Shown here: positions 24,262-37,924 of the stretch, in pieces
Layout of the letters: each line of letters opens with the position of its first letter
Numbering within the stretch: the stretch's first letter is position 1
Assembly: GCF_001194135.2 (NCBI RefSeq)
Contig: NC_068994.1
Span: forward strand, 35,281,389-35,330,609
Direction: 5' to 3'
DNA length: 49,221 nt
From: Octopus bimaculoides
Taxonomy: Eukaryota
Position numbers and translations under genes: made by a program
Notes under the pieces: generated by a model
Database searches by the model: none
Told to the model about the DNA's origin: nothing
The model's input: the letters and a program-made list of their open reading frames with translations, nothing else

Positions 24262-25189
24262 AGTAAAGGGCAGTTGGCTAGTTTTTATAATCTGTTGGAA
24301 TCAAGTGGAGGTTTGTAGTGGCTTTTGTTGCTTGGCCCCTGCTTGGCTTTAACTGACCAGACCTATCAAATACATTCCAGTAGTGACTACTCTATCATTT
24401 TCTCTGATGAAACTATCAAATGTGACTTTTTTAATGAAGATACACTATTATTTGAGGAAAATTTGGCAACTATTTCTAGCGTTTTGAGTGACCTTGTAGA
24501 AGCTCTCAGTGGGAAGTTTTTCTTTAAGAAAAGTAATTCTTAGACATTGTCAAATAGAGATAAATTCTATAGCCTACCCTTCTGTCAATAAAATGAATAT
24601 ATATATAAACCTGAGATACCAGATACTCTGGAGGAGCATTTTTAAAATTATTTTCCTCCTGGATTTTTAGGCATATTCTGATAAAGGTCTCAAGTTTCTG
24701 GTTGTTATTGAACTGCTTAATGCTTGGCAATCTTGTTTTCTATGTCACTGTTTTTGATTTTCACTTTGTAAAGCTTTAACACTATCAAGCAAGGCTTATT
24801 TGAAGTGGACAAACAGACATTTATGAACTGATTCTCTGTTGAAGTAAGCAAATATGTTATTTTTGGCTAGAAATCACGACGCTACAGAAATCACAATTAT
24901 GTTAAATATTTGATGTCCCAAAATTAAGTCTCCACATACACTATTAAATGTTCTGAAAATACTACATGCTTTTCCATTAGAAGAGTTTAGTATCAAAATA
25001 TTATTATGCTTCATGCATATTTTACCAGCTAACAAAAGACAGAAACCTGGATCTAGTTTTAAAATTAAAAACACCATATTCTCATATTGTGTCTAAAATA
25101 TACATGATCCTATCTAAGCTTCTTAAAGCCTTACTGAAAGTTTTCATAAAAGACATTTCCCCTCCCAAATGAGATGTCTTTGTCTTGCA

Positions 25190-25455
25190 GGTGCTGTTGC
25201 CACAAAAAATGTGCTCATGCCAGTGTCACATACAATGCACTCATGGTGGTGCCACATAAAATGCCCCTGTGCTAGTGGCATGTGAAAAGCAACCATCACA
25301 CTCTGTAATGTGATTAGAATTAGAAAGGGCATCCAGCCATAGAAACCATGCCAAAATAGACAATTGGAGCCTGGACAGCTCTCCAGCTGACCAGCTTCTG
25401 TCAAACCATCCAACCCATGCCAGCATAGAAAACACATGTTAAACGATGATTATGG
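25190..25455 (+). mobile_element. RTE 3' tail
   Basis: AGAAAGGGCATCCAGCC..., CCATCCAACCCATGCCAGCATAGAAAA..GTTAAACGATGAT. Confidence 0.85.
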
Positions 25456-26227
25456 TGATGTGGTGGTTGTGGTGGTGGTACTGCTGCTGCTGCTGCTATT
25501 GGTGAGAACGTTAATGATGGTGACAACATTACCTTCACTACTGAAGACAATAATGAACTCCATCATGAGACTTCTCAAATTAGATCTAACAAATTACTAA
25601 GGAGAGGTAGTTTACTTTCTGTTAACAAATTGTTTCCCAGTACATATCTATACCAGTTCAGTTCTTTGTTGTCATTTCAAGATGGATTATTTGGTGCAGC
25701 TTATAGTAACTGACTTCAAAATAAGGAGGTATAAAATAACTGTTTTTATTTTGGAAATGACAAAATGAATGGAATACTACCTTGACCATTGAATTTGTTG
25801 AGCCCAAACCAATATTGTTTGGAAGATTCAAATGCTTTGGATCAACATTCAGTTTAGTTTAGTGTGTATAAAAAGAGAAATTAACTGAGTTCAAAAAGGA
25901 AATGGTTTAGTTCAAAAGTGAAAACACAGAAAGAAATATAACTTGTTGTCTGTTATCGTCAGAATGACTAAGTTTGGAGTAATTTCAACAGAAAAAATTA
26001 AGTGTACATCACAATAATTTGAATTCTTATTTCAGTATAATAAACTTTTACCTAACTGCTATTGTGTATGTATGTGTGTGTGTGTTGTTAAGTGTACATA
26101 GGTAAATTCTGCAAATAATAGTTTAGATTATGCTGAGAGAGAATATGATAACATAAGTTGATAGTGTATAAATTATCCAATTGTATGACCTAAGGGCAAG
26201 GAATTAATGGAGGAAAAATACTCTCTA

Positions 26228-27240
26228 AGATATTTAGTTGAATGGCCTAAGAGGAAAGGACTTAATGAAGTAGTAAGAGGAAAATAAAAGAGGATAGACT
26301 GAGGGTAGGAATAATAACTACATTATTATATAAATTAGAATAAAAATAAGACAAAAATAAGACAAGAATAGAATTAGAATAAAAAGAAGACAAGAATAAA
26401 ATTAGAATAAAAATAAGACAATAATAAAATTGGAATAAAAATAAGACAAGTATAAAATTAGAATTATTTAGGTATAGTTGTGGTTGATAAATTGACGGTA
26501 TTTATATTATTCTTAGAAGTCTTCTCTAAGAAAACTGTCAGATAATATATATCTCTCTGGATTTGTGATTAATGTTGCATATTGTGGTAAGAAGAAGTTC
26601 TGTATGAAAGCAGTTGAGAAATGGTGATATAGTTGAAGAGCAGTGAGGGTAGGAGGAAGAATTTAGAGACAAGATTAATGTGTGTGTTATTACTGTTACC
26701 AAATTATAATCAGAAGGTATGTGTTTGAGAAACTGGTTTAATATCAGGAGTAAGTTGATTACTAAGGTAGAGGAAAATACTCTACCTTAGTAATAAACTT
26801 TGATTTCTAATAGCAACAGATTATTAATAATTACACAAGTTGTGATCACTTGGTGTGTTGTAGGAAATATGGTTTAATATGAAAATTGTATATATATATT
26901 TATATATTGCTAATGTATAAAATCTGCATTGTAATAATAACAGGGTAATATTTTCACATCAGTACTTATATCATAAGGGATGCAAGTCTATGGTAATTAT
27001 AAGTGTAACTTAATTATAGAGGTTTGTGTTCTCAAGATATAACTAAACACGTTAATAAACATATTGTAGTTGGAGATTATAATTAGGGTTTCAATATAAA
27101 GATGCATGTCTTTAAGTATAATGGTTTTAATCTTGTCTATGTATGATATCATTCAACTAAAAGTGAATCTGTTAGAATATGATTTATAGATCAGTGTTAG
27201 ATTTGGAAAGCAAAGTATGTAAGGAGGAAAGGAAGGAGTT
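26228..27240. repeat. Left arm of a ~1 kb diverged inverted repeat (partner 29620-30588)
   Basis: e.g. GAAAGGACTTAATGAAGTAGTAAGAGG (26254) vs CCTCTTACTATTTCGTTAAGTCCTTTC (to 30566); colinear throughout. Confidence 0.9.
26330..26465. repeat. ~28-bp purine-rich minisatellite, about 4-5 units
   Basis: Unit AAATTAGAATAAAAATAAGACAAGAATA; only ~1 unit in the partner arm (30450-30490). Confidence 0.75.
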
Positions 27241-27547
27241 AAAAGGAATTAATGTTGGTGTATATATAGCTTGTATATCAATTTAATGTGGAAATACTGT
27301 TAAATTATATATTTGTATATAACGCTTCTCCTGGGAGTGTTATATACAAATATATAGTTTTATGTCGTATTTAATATCTAATTTGTATATTTAACACAGC
27401 AGAACTATTAGATTAAAATGGTTACTCTCATATAGACATAATGTTTGTGTGTAATATCGTATTCTATGAAATTTAAGTTCAATACAAATTAGAAACAAGT
27501 CTGAAGCATGATCATTACCTATCTCAGTATATCATTTGTTTAAAATG

Positions 27548-27810
27548 AAGAAGTATGAAGGTAAGACCTTTTGAACTTCAGTAATCCACATTTCCTTCAT
27601 CAGAGAATATGTACGGATTTGGAATTTTAAAAAGAAAATCATAAAATTATTTGTGGGATTGTAAAAATACGTTTAAGAATATACAGTAATTCTTAAACAT
27701 TTTGTTTTAAAAATTCCAAATCCGTACATATTCTCTGATGTAGGAAATGTGGATTACTGAAGTCTTACCTATACACTTCTATGCACATTCCCTGAAATGG
27801 CCGTAAGACT
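27548..27810. repeat. Palindrome with hammerhead-like arms (Penelope-like pLTR remnant)
   Basis: 27548-27632 and 27705-27780 are inverted copies. The plus arm continues TCT-CTGATGT-AGGAAATGTG...CACATTCCCT-GAAA-TGGCCG-TA-AGA. Confidence 0.65.
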
Positions 27811-28184
27811 CCTTCTCTTTATTGGATTCATTTGAGGACTTCCATTTTGGATTATTGTGAACTGTTATCTCATCAGCTTGGACTTCTTAATTTATCTGTA
27901 TGCATTTATGCAATTACTTATCCAACTTTGATTTGGGCACGGAATTACACTATTATATATGTTTTTGTATGTTATGTGTCCGCATGCTTATAATGGCTTA
28001 TATATGATTTCTGTGTTTAGATATGTGTCAGCTTTGATGAGGAGTATTATTGATATTGGAGCCTGTCTCTTTCAAATTAATATTCTAATCTAATCACTCA
28101 ATAAATTGAGCCCTACACTGTTGTTTCTTGAAAAGAGTTCACCTCTATAATTTTTTATTACCTATATATATACATATATATACA

Positions 28185-28560
28185 CGATGGGCTTCTTTCA
28201 GTTTCCATTTACCAAATCCACTCACACAGCTTTGGTTGGCCCAAGGCAATAGTAGAATACACTTGCCCAAGGTGCCATGCAGTGGGACTGAACCCGGAAC
28301 CATGTGGTTGGGAAGCAAAATTTTTGAACATCTGAAAATCTACTCTTCTTTTTCCTAATTCATATTTCTCCACATAATATAATCTTGTTTCCAAATTTTG
28401 GCACAGGGCCAGCTGTTTCAGAGGAAGGACTAAGTCAATTACATCGACCCCCACTGCTCAAAAGGCAAAGTCGACCTCAGCAGAATTTAAACTTAAAGGT
28501 GAAATACCACTAAGAATTTTGCGTGTGATGCTAACAATTCTACCAGCTCACTGCTTCTCA
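28185..28560 (-). mobile_element. Two SINE fragments (CORE-like 28185-28320; 13053-family 28385-28560)
   Basis: Reverse matches to 36172-36330 and 13053-13273. Confidence 0.75.
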
Positions 28561-28915
28561 ATATAATATTATAAAAGAGTAGCCATATTTGATCTAATAG
28601 TCCTATTGTATGAAATATGAAAAAATTAAATACTAATTACATATTTGAAATTTAATTCACATTTAATATTAGATAGGTTTCACCTGTTAAAACTAGCATT
28701 CCGTGTTCTGGCAGCTCCCATTGTCAAGTATGCTGTGAATTTGCTATCAGTAGTTTATATACATAAAAGTTATACACAAAACAAAACTATCACATAAAAT
28801 AATAAAAACTTTTTTTGAATGCATTATCATTTTTCTTGTTTCCTGTTTTAAACTTTGTTCCAGATACCAATGGAATGAGATGACAAAACTAAGATATATG
28901 GGATGAACTTTGGGA

Positions 28916-28963
<48 letters not shown>

Positions 28964-28964
28964 G

Positions 28965-29156
28965 TATATCATCAGCTTCATCATCATCGTCGTTTAATGT
29001 CCGCTTTCCATGCTACCATGGGTTGGACGATTTGACTGAGGACTGGTGAAACCAGATGGCTACACCTGGCTCCAATCTGATTTGGCAGAGTTTCTACAGC
29101 TGGATGCCCTTCCTAACGACAACCACTCAGAGAGTGTAGTGGGTGCTTTTACGTGA
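28965..29156 (-). mobile_element. RTE 3' tail
   Basis: Nearly identical to 10357-10535. Confidence 0.9.
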
Positions 29157-29500
29157 TACATACACACACACACATACACACATATATAAATACATACTTA
29201 CATATATATATATATATATCGAGAGGGAGAGAGAGAAAAAAGAGAAAGAATAATTTTCGTGTGTACTGTTGGATGTATGACTGCTACTGGTCATTTTAGA
29301 GCTCCATGTAAGAGCATTTAATCTATATTAGCTTAATGTAATAAAGTGTTTCCTTGATGAACTGTTATGTATTGGTATCCAGCTGCACTATAAACACCCG
29401 CTATTTGCAGAGGATGCAAATCGCCATAATGGCAAAATGTGCATAGAGAGCAAACTGCATAAACTGCTTATCATTTTTTCATACATTCACACACAGTCAC

Positions 29501-29532
<32 letters not shown>

Positions 29533-29619
29533 GTGCATACATCAGTGTGTATGAGGTTGCCTGTCTGTGTGTATCTGTATGTCTTTGTGAATGTGTGTGC
29601 ATGTACATTATAACTATTG

Positions 29620-30588
<969 letters not shown>

Positions 30589-31149
30589 ATAATATATTGT
30601 TTCGTTTTTCTGTATTATATTCTCTTGTCTTATGGTGTACTATTAGATAATGCATACATTGTCCACTTTTCTTGTATTTTCTATAAACATAATTTAAATT
30701 ATTATTCACAGAATTTACTAATGTACATTTAACAGCAGACACAAACACTAGCTGTTAAGCAAGACCTTACTATGAAATATAATTGATCAAAGTATGTTTA
30801 ATTTACACAATTCAGATTACACTAGACATTCATCTTTTCTCACGAATTGCTTCACCTCTATTTTAAATACATTTGTTTAAAGCATAAACATATCTGAAGT
30901 TTCTTTTGAAATACGTTACTAACATTTATCCATTTCTGGTCACAGAAATGGAAAAGTCTCACCTACATCTGATTTTGACCATTCTACTCTTCTCTTATAA
31001 GAAAACTTTTCTTTCTGTATACTAAAATTGTTTTCATTGCATTAAAGTTATGCGCCTTTCTTACATCATCATCATCATCTTTATCCTCCTCCTCCTCCTC
31101 CTCATCATCATCATCATCACCATCATCACCATCATCACCATCACCACTG

Positions 31150-31412
31150 CTTTGACTGGCTTCCTTGCTAGTGGCACGTAAAATGTACCAACCGATCATG
31201 GCTGTTGCCAGCCTCTTCTGGCCCCTGTGCCGGTGGTACATAAAAAGCACCCACTACACTCATGGAGTGGTTGGTGTTAGGAAGGGCATCCAGCTGCAGA
31301 AAAACTACCAGATCAGACTGGAGCCTGGTGCAGCCTCCTGGCTTCCCAGACCCCGGTCGAACTGTCCAACCCATGCCAGCATGGAAAACAGACGTTAAAC
31401 GATGATGATGAT
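31150..31412 (+). mobile_element. RTE 3' tail preceded by (CAT)/(CCT) repeats
   Basis: GGTTGGTGTTAGGAAGGGCATCCAGCTG...CCCATGCCAGCATGGAAAACAGACGTTAAACGATGATGATG. Confidence 0.9.
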
Positions 31413-32134
31413 ATATATATATATATATATACATATTTAAATATGAGTATATATACACCCACACACATGCACGATTGCATGCACGCACGCACGCACACAC
31501 ACACATATACTTTTATACTGAGGAAGGTGCTTTATTTATGTTATGATATATATGAAATACACTGCCTGCACACATACAGCTCTCTTTACACTTCTGAAGA
31601 GATTCACTTATTGATTCTTTCAAGTCTTCCAGTAAAAAAAGAATAAAAATTTAAATGAAAAATAAAATTTCTCAGCTAGATATAAGAGGTGTAATCTTTT
31701 AGAATAACAATTTGAAAAGTAACCATTTGTAATAGCAACAAACAACCGCTTAGAATATAATATCAATGACTGGAGAATTGCTGCAAATGAGAAGTAAATT
31801 GGTTGAGAACTCTCATGTGAAAATATGAGAACAGGAATCCAAAATGACTAGAAATTTCATGTGTTCGTTAAACACAGCAATTCCAATGTGTATTTCTTCC
31901 CAGTAGAATTATTTTGCAGTATTTCGTATGGTGGCTAACATAATTCTTTTTTTCATTTTTTTTTTCTTTTTTAATGTCTTCTGTTATTTAGGCATCATAA
32001 AAATATTCAAATCTAAAATGCCACATTCAATGAAACATAAATGAAGTCAGATTTAAGCCATTGGTTTATGATATGTGAAGAATCACCAAATTCCTTGTGT
32101 CATCTGAACAGATTCATAGAAATTTGCTTACATC

Positions 32135-32387
32135 ACCACCACCATCATCATCATCATTTTAGCATTCCCTTTTCCATGCCTTTATGGTATGGATGGAATT
32201 TATTGAGGCAGATTTTCTACAGCTAGATGCCCTTCCTGTCACTAACCTTCACCCTGTGTGTCCAAGCAAGGTAATATTACCCGATGGTTAGAATGCTGAC
32301 TCAGAATATTGGAAATGAATGACAGTTTGTATGACGGTAATGCTCATTTACAATTTTCACTCCATATCAAGGCAAGGAGACACAAAC

Positions 32388-32429
<42 letters not shown>

Positions 32430-32470
32430 ACATGCACACACACACACACACACNNNNNNNNNNCACAAAC

Positions 32471-32512
<42 letters not shown>

Positions 32513-32680
32513 ACATGCACACACACACACACACACACATGACAGGCTTCTTTCAGTTTCCACCAACCAATTACACTCACAAGGTTATAATAGAACACAC
32601 TGGCCAAGGTGCCATACAGTGGAACTGAACCCGAAACTATTTGTTTTGGAAGTAAGCTTCTTAATCACACAACCACTCCG
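32135..32680 (-). mobile_element. RTE-tail-related short repeat (32135-32385) and CORE-like SINE fragment (32540-32680) separated by (CA)n
   Basis: Reverse matches to 12745-12975 and 36172-36330. Confidence 0.65.
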
Positions 32681-32901
32681 GCACCTATATATCAATTCAA
32701 ATTCCAGAAACTAACCACAATTAAATAACCAAAATCAAAGTTACTACATCTAATATAAGGAGTACTACAGAATTATGTACTGTTAGTTCTGCTCTCTTCA
32801 ATGACTGAATTTGTCATGTTATAATTTATATTGCTTGGCTCAATTTTAATTCCTATGTTTTTTGTCTCTTTTAATCCATTCATCTTTTCTGGTGTTTGCA
32901 G

Positions 32902-32936
32902 CACTGGAGAAAGATAGGTATCTTCAGACATTAAAG
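32902..32936 (+). CDS. Candidate 35-nt internal exon of an unidentified host gene (xALEKDRYLQTLK)
   Basis: Long pyrimidine tract ending TTTGCAG|, donor AAG|GTAACC, only one of three frames open; sequence not recognised as a repeat. Confidence 0.45.
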
Positions 32937-34671
32937 GTAACCATATGATAATGATGTTGTCAAAATGGGAAATGACTTAAGTTTGCACTCAAATGATCAG
33001 TAAAATTCATAACATGTTTTTTTTTTTATCTTTGACTAATATAAGGTTCTAAAAATAGGTCTGTTAATGATCATGAACAACATTAAGGCATGATAAAAGG
33101 GAATGATTTCTGATTTTAAAATTTGATGTCTTCTCTAACAAACCTGATGGATTTATGATTGTAAGCACCTTTTTGGTGGTGCAGCACATCATAGACTTAA
33201 AATGATCTGCTTGTGATTATTAACAGCATTACACAAATCAATGATTGATTGCAACTTCAAACTAGCTGTCACATAATCAGAAATGATAGACATTTTTCCA
33301 ATAAACACATTGGCATTATTATTGATACTGAATATCTTTATGACACAATCTTACTGATCTCTCCCATGAATAAAAAATATATATTTGTTATTTATGTGAA
33401 TAAAAATTGGCGTTAAATTATACAGACATATAGCATGTCACCCAACATTTCAAACTAATGACTATTCACTTATATAAATCTTTGCCAAGCATTTAAAACT
33501 CTGCTGTTGGTAAGATGGGTTTACTTGTGAAAATATGTACTATCACTTCTAAAACTGGGTGTCACTGCACAAGCACTCTTGTGCCAACTCCTGTCAGAAT
33601 TTTACTGTGAACTGTGCTAAAAATATTTTCAGTCTTTTGAAATGTTTTTAGTCTCACACACAATAACTTCAGATTCTTAAACTCATTGTTTCTTGGATGA
33701 TTGAAGAAATAATAGAAAAATTTGATACAGATGTCTTTATCTTTTATCGTTTACTTGTTCAGTCATTGGACTGCTGTTCTTGTGGGGCACTACTTTGCAG
33801 GATTTAGTCAAACAAATTAACCCCAGTAACTATATTTTTAAGTCTGGAACTTATTCTATCGGTCTCTCTTGACAAACCACTAAGTTATGAGGATGTGAAA
33901 CCAACATCAGTTGTCAAGCAGTAGTGGGGGACAAACATAAGTACAAAGACATGCACACACACACACACACTTGCATACACATATAGTAGAAATTATGTGT
34001 ACAAACAGATGTACTACTACTACATTTAGAGCTCAATGTAGATTATCATAACCCAGTCTGCTTCCTCTATAGTAGTTAAATAACTTCTAAGCTGTGTAGT
34101 ATTACTAGTTATGAGCTAGAGAGCAAAAGTAGGAGAAATAAGAATAAATTCAAATTTATATTATAGTTCCTGTGTATATTTTACAATTTTGGTTGCTTTA
34201 TTTATTTCAGTCATTTGATTGCAGCCATGTTGGGGCACTTCCTTGAAGAATTTTACAAGGATTTGGTTAGTCTGGAGTTATAATAAAAGACTCTTGCCTA
34301 AGGTGCCCATGCAGTAGGACTGAACCAAGAACTATTTGGCTGAGAAGCAAACTTCTTACCACACAGCCATATCTGTGCCTACAAAATATGTGGGAAAATA
34401 AGCATAAACATTTCTAAAACTGAATTTATCTTTCATCATGGTATTTTTAGAAAAATAAAAATAGTTCTTCTATTGCATTCATATAAGACTCAATAAGACT
34501 CACTTCAAAAAGGGATACACTTTGTAGGCAATTAATGACCAAATGTATTTCATAGATGAACCTGTTCTGGCAAGTCATTTTATCTGAGACCATGAGCTAA
34601 TACTAAGACAACTACAATGAACAAACACTTATTAGCCATTCAAAACCACAAAAAAATGTTAACTTCATATA

Positions 34672-35125
34672 TATAGGTGCAGCTGTGACTATGTGGTAAG
34701 AAGTTTGTACAATTTGTAATTGTATTGAGACAATGTTTTCGAGGGGTTGCCAGTTGGAGGGCGCTGGCGCCCCTCTCATTTTTCATGTGTCATCCCACCA
34801 TATTTCATTAATGTCTTTGTCTAGCCCTAGCTTCTTGCTACTCTATGTAACGTCGTTAAATGCCAATTATTGAAATAAAGAAGTTTGCTTCCCAACTACA
34901 TGGTTCCCGATTCAGTTCCACAGTATGGCAACTTGGGCAAATGTCTTCTTCTATAACCTTTGATTTACCAAAGCCTTGTGAATGGATTTGATAGACAGAA
35001 TTGTTAGTGTGTGTGTGTGTGTGTGTGTGCATGTGTATGTGTTTGTCCCCCACCACTGCTTGTTAGCTGTTGTTGGTGTGTTTATGTCCGCATAACTTAG
35101 CAGTTTGGCCAAAGAGATCTATGGA
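34672..35125 (+). mobile_element. CORE-like SINE interrupted by a 170-bp insert (34708-34877)
   Basis: SINE head GTGGTAAGAAGTTTG resumes as AAGAAGTTTGCTTCCCAAC; 10-bp direct repeat AAGAAGTTTG at 34698-34707 and 34878-34887. Confidence 0.75.
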
Positions 35126-35329
35126 ATAAGTTTCATGTTTTCCAAAAAAATTAATATATATATATAGTTATGTATTTATATGTAGGAAATTAGCTGAATC
35201 AGCTATTCAGCTGCTCATTCATCTTTACTGCCAAGTAGAATTTAACATCCTCAATGTTCTCTGATAAAGATCTTGACTGGGCTGATGTTAACTGCAATAG
35301 CAATCAGTCAAATAGTTTGGTTGTGATAT

Positions 35330-35408
35330 TGATAATGACAATGGCTAGAATGATGATAACATTGATTAAGATGATAATGTTGATGACAGCGATGATACTA
35401 CTACTACA

Positions 35409-35455
<47 letters not shown>

Positions 35456-35514
35456 CACTACCACTACTACTACTACCACTACTACTACTACTACTATTAA
35501 TAATAATAATAATA

Positions 35515-35564
<50 letters not shown>

Positions 35565-35665
35565 AATAATGATAATAATAATAATAATAATAACAATGAT
35601 GATGATGGTAGTAATAATATTATCAGTAGTAATAATAATAATGATAATCATAATTATCTACTATA
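35330..35665. repeat. Compound trinucleotide microsatellite (CTA)n(ATA)n(ATG)n
   Basis: Directly visible; explains the poly-L/M/I/S ORFs. Confidence 0.95.
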
Positions 35666-35877
35666 ATAATACTCTAGTATTTTCCCTGTCACAACATATG
35701 AATGAGAAAGGAAGAGGTGATAAATGAATAACGAAGGAAGGGGTGATGACAAACTGGTGGGATGGTGAGCATTCAACACTGAAAAGAAAAAAATCAAACA
35801 CCATTTCAACTCTGTGTGAGTATATGTGTGTATGTGTATGCATGTACAAGGGAAGTATGTGAATGTCTGTGAACATT

Positions 35878-35951
35878 GAAGGGCATATGGCGTAGTGTTT
35901 AAGAGCACAGGCTTCTAACTCCAAAATTCTGATTTCTATTCCAGGTAGTGA

Positions 35952-36022
<71 letters not shown>

Positions 36023-36630
36023 GCAACATCGAAAAATACCTTAGGAATGAGAACCTAGGTTCGAAATTTCCCCAAGGGACCTGATGAAGGCTGGAGGGTA
36101 TATCAGCCAAAACGTTGTGTTAACAAAAAACAAGATGAGGACAAATATCCATCAAATTTAAATAATTTAGATAGGCGCAGGGGTGGCTGTGTGGTAAGTA
36201 GCTTGCTACCAACCACATGGTTCCGGGTTCAGTCCCACTGCGTGGCACCTTGGGCAAGTGTCTTCTACTATAGCCTCGGGCCGACCAAAGCCTTGTGAGT
36301 GGATTTGGTAGACGGAAACTGAAAGAAGCCCATCGTATATATGTATATATATATGTGTGTGTTTGTGTGTCTGTGTTTGTTCTCCCAACATCGCTTGACA
36401 ACCGATGCTGGTGTGTATACGTCCCCATGACTTAGCGGTTTGGCAAAAAAAGGACCGATAGAATAAGTGCTAGGCTTACAAAGAATAAGTCCTGGTGTCG
36501 ATTTGCTCGATTAAAGGCGGTGCTCCAGCATGGCCGCAGTCAAATGACTGAAACAAATAAAAGTGTAAAAGAGTAATGTAAATAATGTAAATAATGTACA
36601 TAATTCCTTGTCTCTTAAATATAGAACTGT
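35878..36630 (+). mobile_element. Composite repeat: tRNA-like head + (TAA)n + hammerhead-like unit, with a nested SINE
   Basis: A-box TGGCGTAGTG (35888), B-box-like GATTTCTATTCC (35931), (TAA)n 35956-36021, CTGATGA-A-GGCTG..CAGCC-AAAAC-GTT-GTGTT (36081-36121); AT-rich tail resumes at 36575. Confidence 0.55.
36172..36573 (+). mobile_element. Well-preserved tRNA-derived SINE with CORE-like central segment
   Basis: Head GGCTGTGTGGTAAG..GGTTCAGTCCC, CCTTGGGCAAGTGTCTTCTACTATAGCCTC (CORE-like), internal (TA)/(TG), 3' CAGTCAAATGACTGAAAC. Confidence 0.88.
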
Positions 36631-37038
36631 ATTGACAAGTGTATTATTTTGATTTACCATCCATATTTATATTCGAAATACTACAATTAGCCATCATTTT
36701 TAATGGTACTGAGCCAACTAGTTATACATAATGCTGATAATTGTTATGAAGATGATGTTGACATTAATGATGATGATGCTGCTGCTGGTGATGATGATGC
36801 ACATTACCATTATATGTGAGACTAAAGATTGTGATGAAGAGAAAGAAGCTAAGAATGGCATTAATGTGGAGGAAATGTTTGCGGATGATGGTGATAGCCA
36901 TAATGATGAACATGGCAGCATTTTGAATGAAATTTATCACCAACCAAACCTAACTTATCAGTTGTATGAGTGTGTACTTTGCTATAGATATATGTGTGTG
37001 CATGTGTGTGTGTGTGTGTGTGTACGTACACACACACT

Positions 37039-37063
<25 letters not shown>

Positions 37064-37070
<7 letters not shown>

Positions 37071-37640
37071 GTAGTATATTGCCACTTAAGTGTGGCTGAC
37101 CCCTAGGGGTGGATGTTACTGTTGCTTTTAGCCCCAGGAGGACATCTCCTCCAGCTGGCTTATCGACACACGACTGTGTCCTGTTTGCCAAGGGAGTTAT
37201 NNNNNNNNNNNNNNNNNNNNNNNNNNNNNNNNNNNNNNNNNNNNNNNNNNNNNNNNNNNNNNNNNNNNNNNNNNNNNNNNNNNNNNNNNNNNNNNNNNNN
37301 NNNNNNNNNNNNNNNNNNNNNNNNNNNNNNNNNNNNNNNNNNNNNNNNNNNNNNNNNNNNNNNNNNNNNNNNNNNNNNNNNNNNNNNNNNNNNNNNNNNN
37401 NNNNNNNNNNNNNNNNNNNNNNNNNNNNNNNNNNNNNNNNNNNNNNNNNNNNNNNNNNNNNNNNNNNNNNNNNNNNNNNNNNNNNNNNNNNNNNNNNNNN
37501 NNNNNNNNNNNNNNNNNNNNNNNNNNNNNNNNNNNNNNNNNNNNNNNNNNNNNNNNNNNNNNNNNNCTGGGGCTAAAAGCAACAGTAACATCCACCCCTA
37601 GGGGTCAGCCACACTTAAGTGGCAATATACTACACTTTAT
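37064..37640. mobile_element. Foldback/MITE-like element with identical 74-bp inverted ends around a gap
   Basis: 37064-37137 is the exact reverse complement of 37567-37640; TA flanks; interior motif shared with the 19881-20254 palindrome. Confidence 0.75.
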
Positions 37641-37924
37641 CGTGCAGTTACTGTTAATACTTCATTTAGAGAATTAACATTGCTTATATATATATATATA
37701 TACACATATATAAATGAATATCTGGATATCTATATGTATACATATATGTACATACACATACATACATATATGTATATATATATTCATACATGTATGTATG
37801 TATATATGTATGTATGTATGTGTGTGTATGTAAGTATGTATGTATGTATGTATGCATGTATGCATATAAATTCTGTCCAACTCTTTTGCTCTTTCTTTTA
37901 GTCCCCCTCATACTTTCTTCTTTG

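Noticed and set aside
23690-25080. Several 60-80 aa ORFs on both strands in unique-looking DNA
   Set aside because: No recognisable motifs or consistent splice signals; lengths are within chance expectation.
30984-31250. Acidic D/E-rich ORF
   Set aside because: Antisense of (CAT)/(CCT) repeats joined to an RTE tail.
35880-35950. tRNA gene (also the heads at 2270, 17945, 41225 and 45440)
   Set aside because: A/B boxes are present, but no full cloverleaf or acceptor stem can be formed; these are SINE heads.
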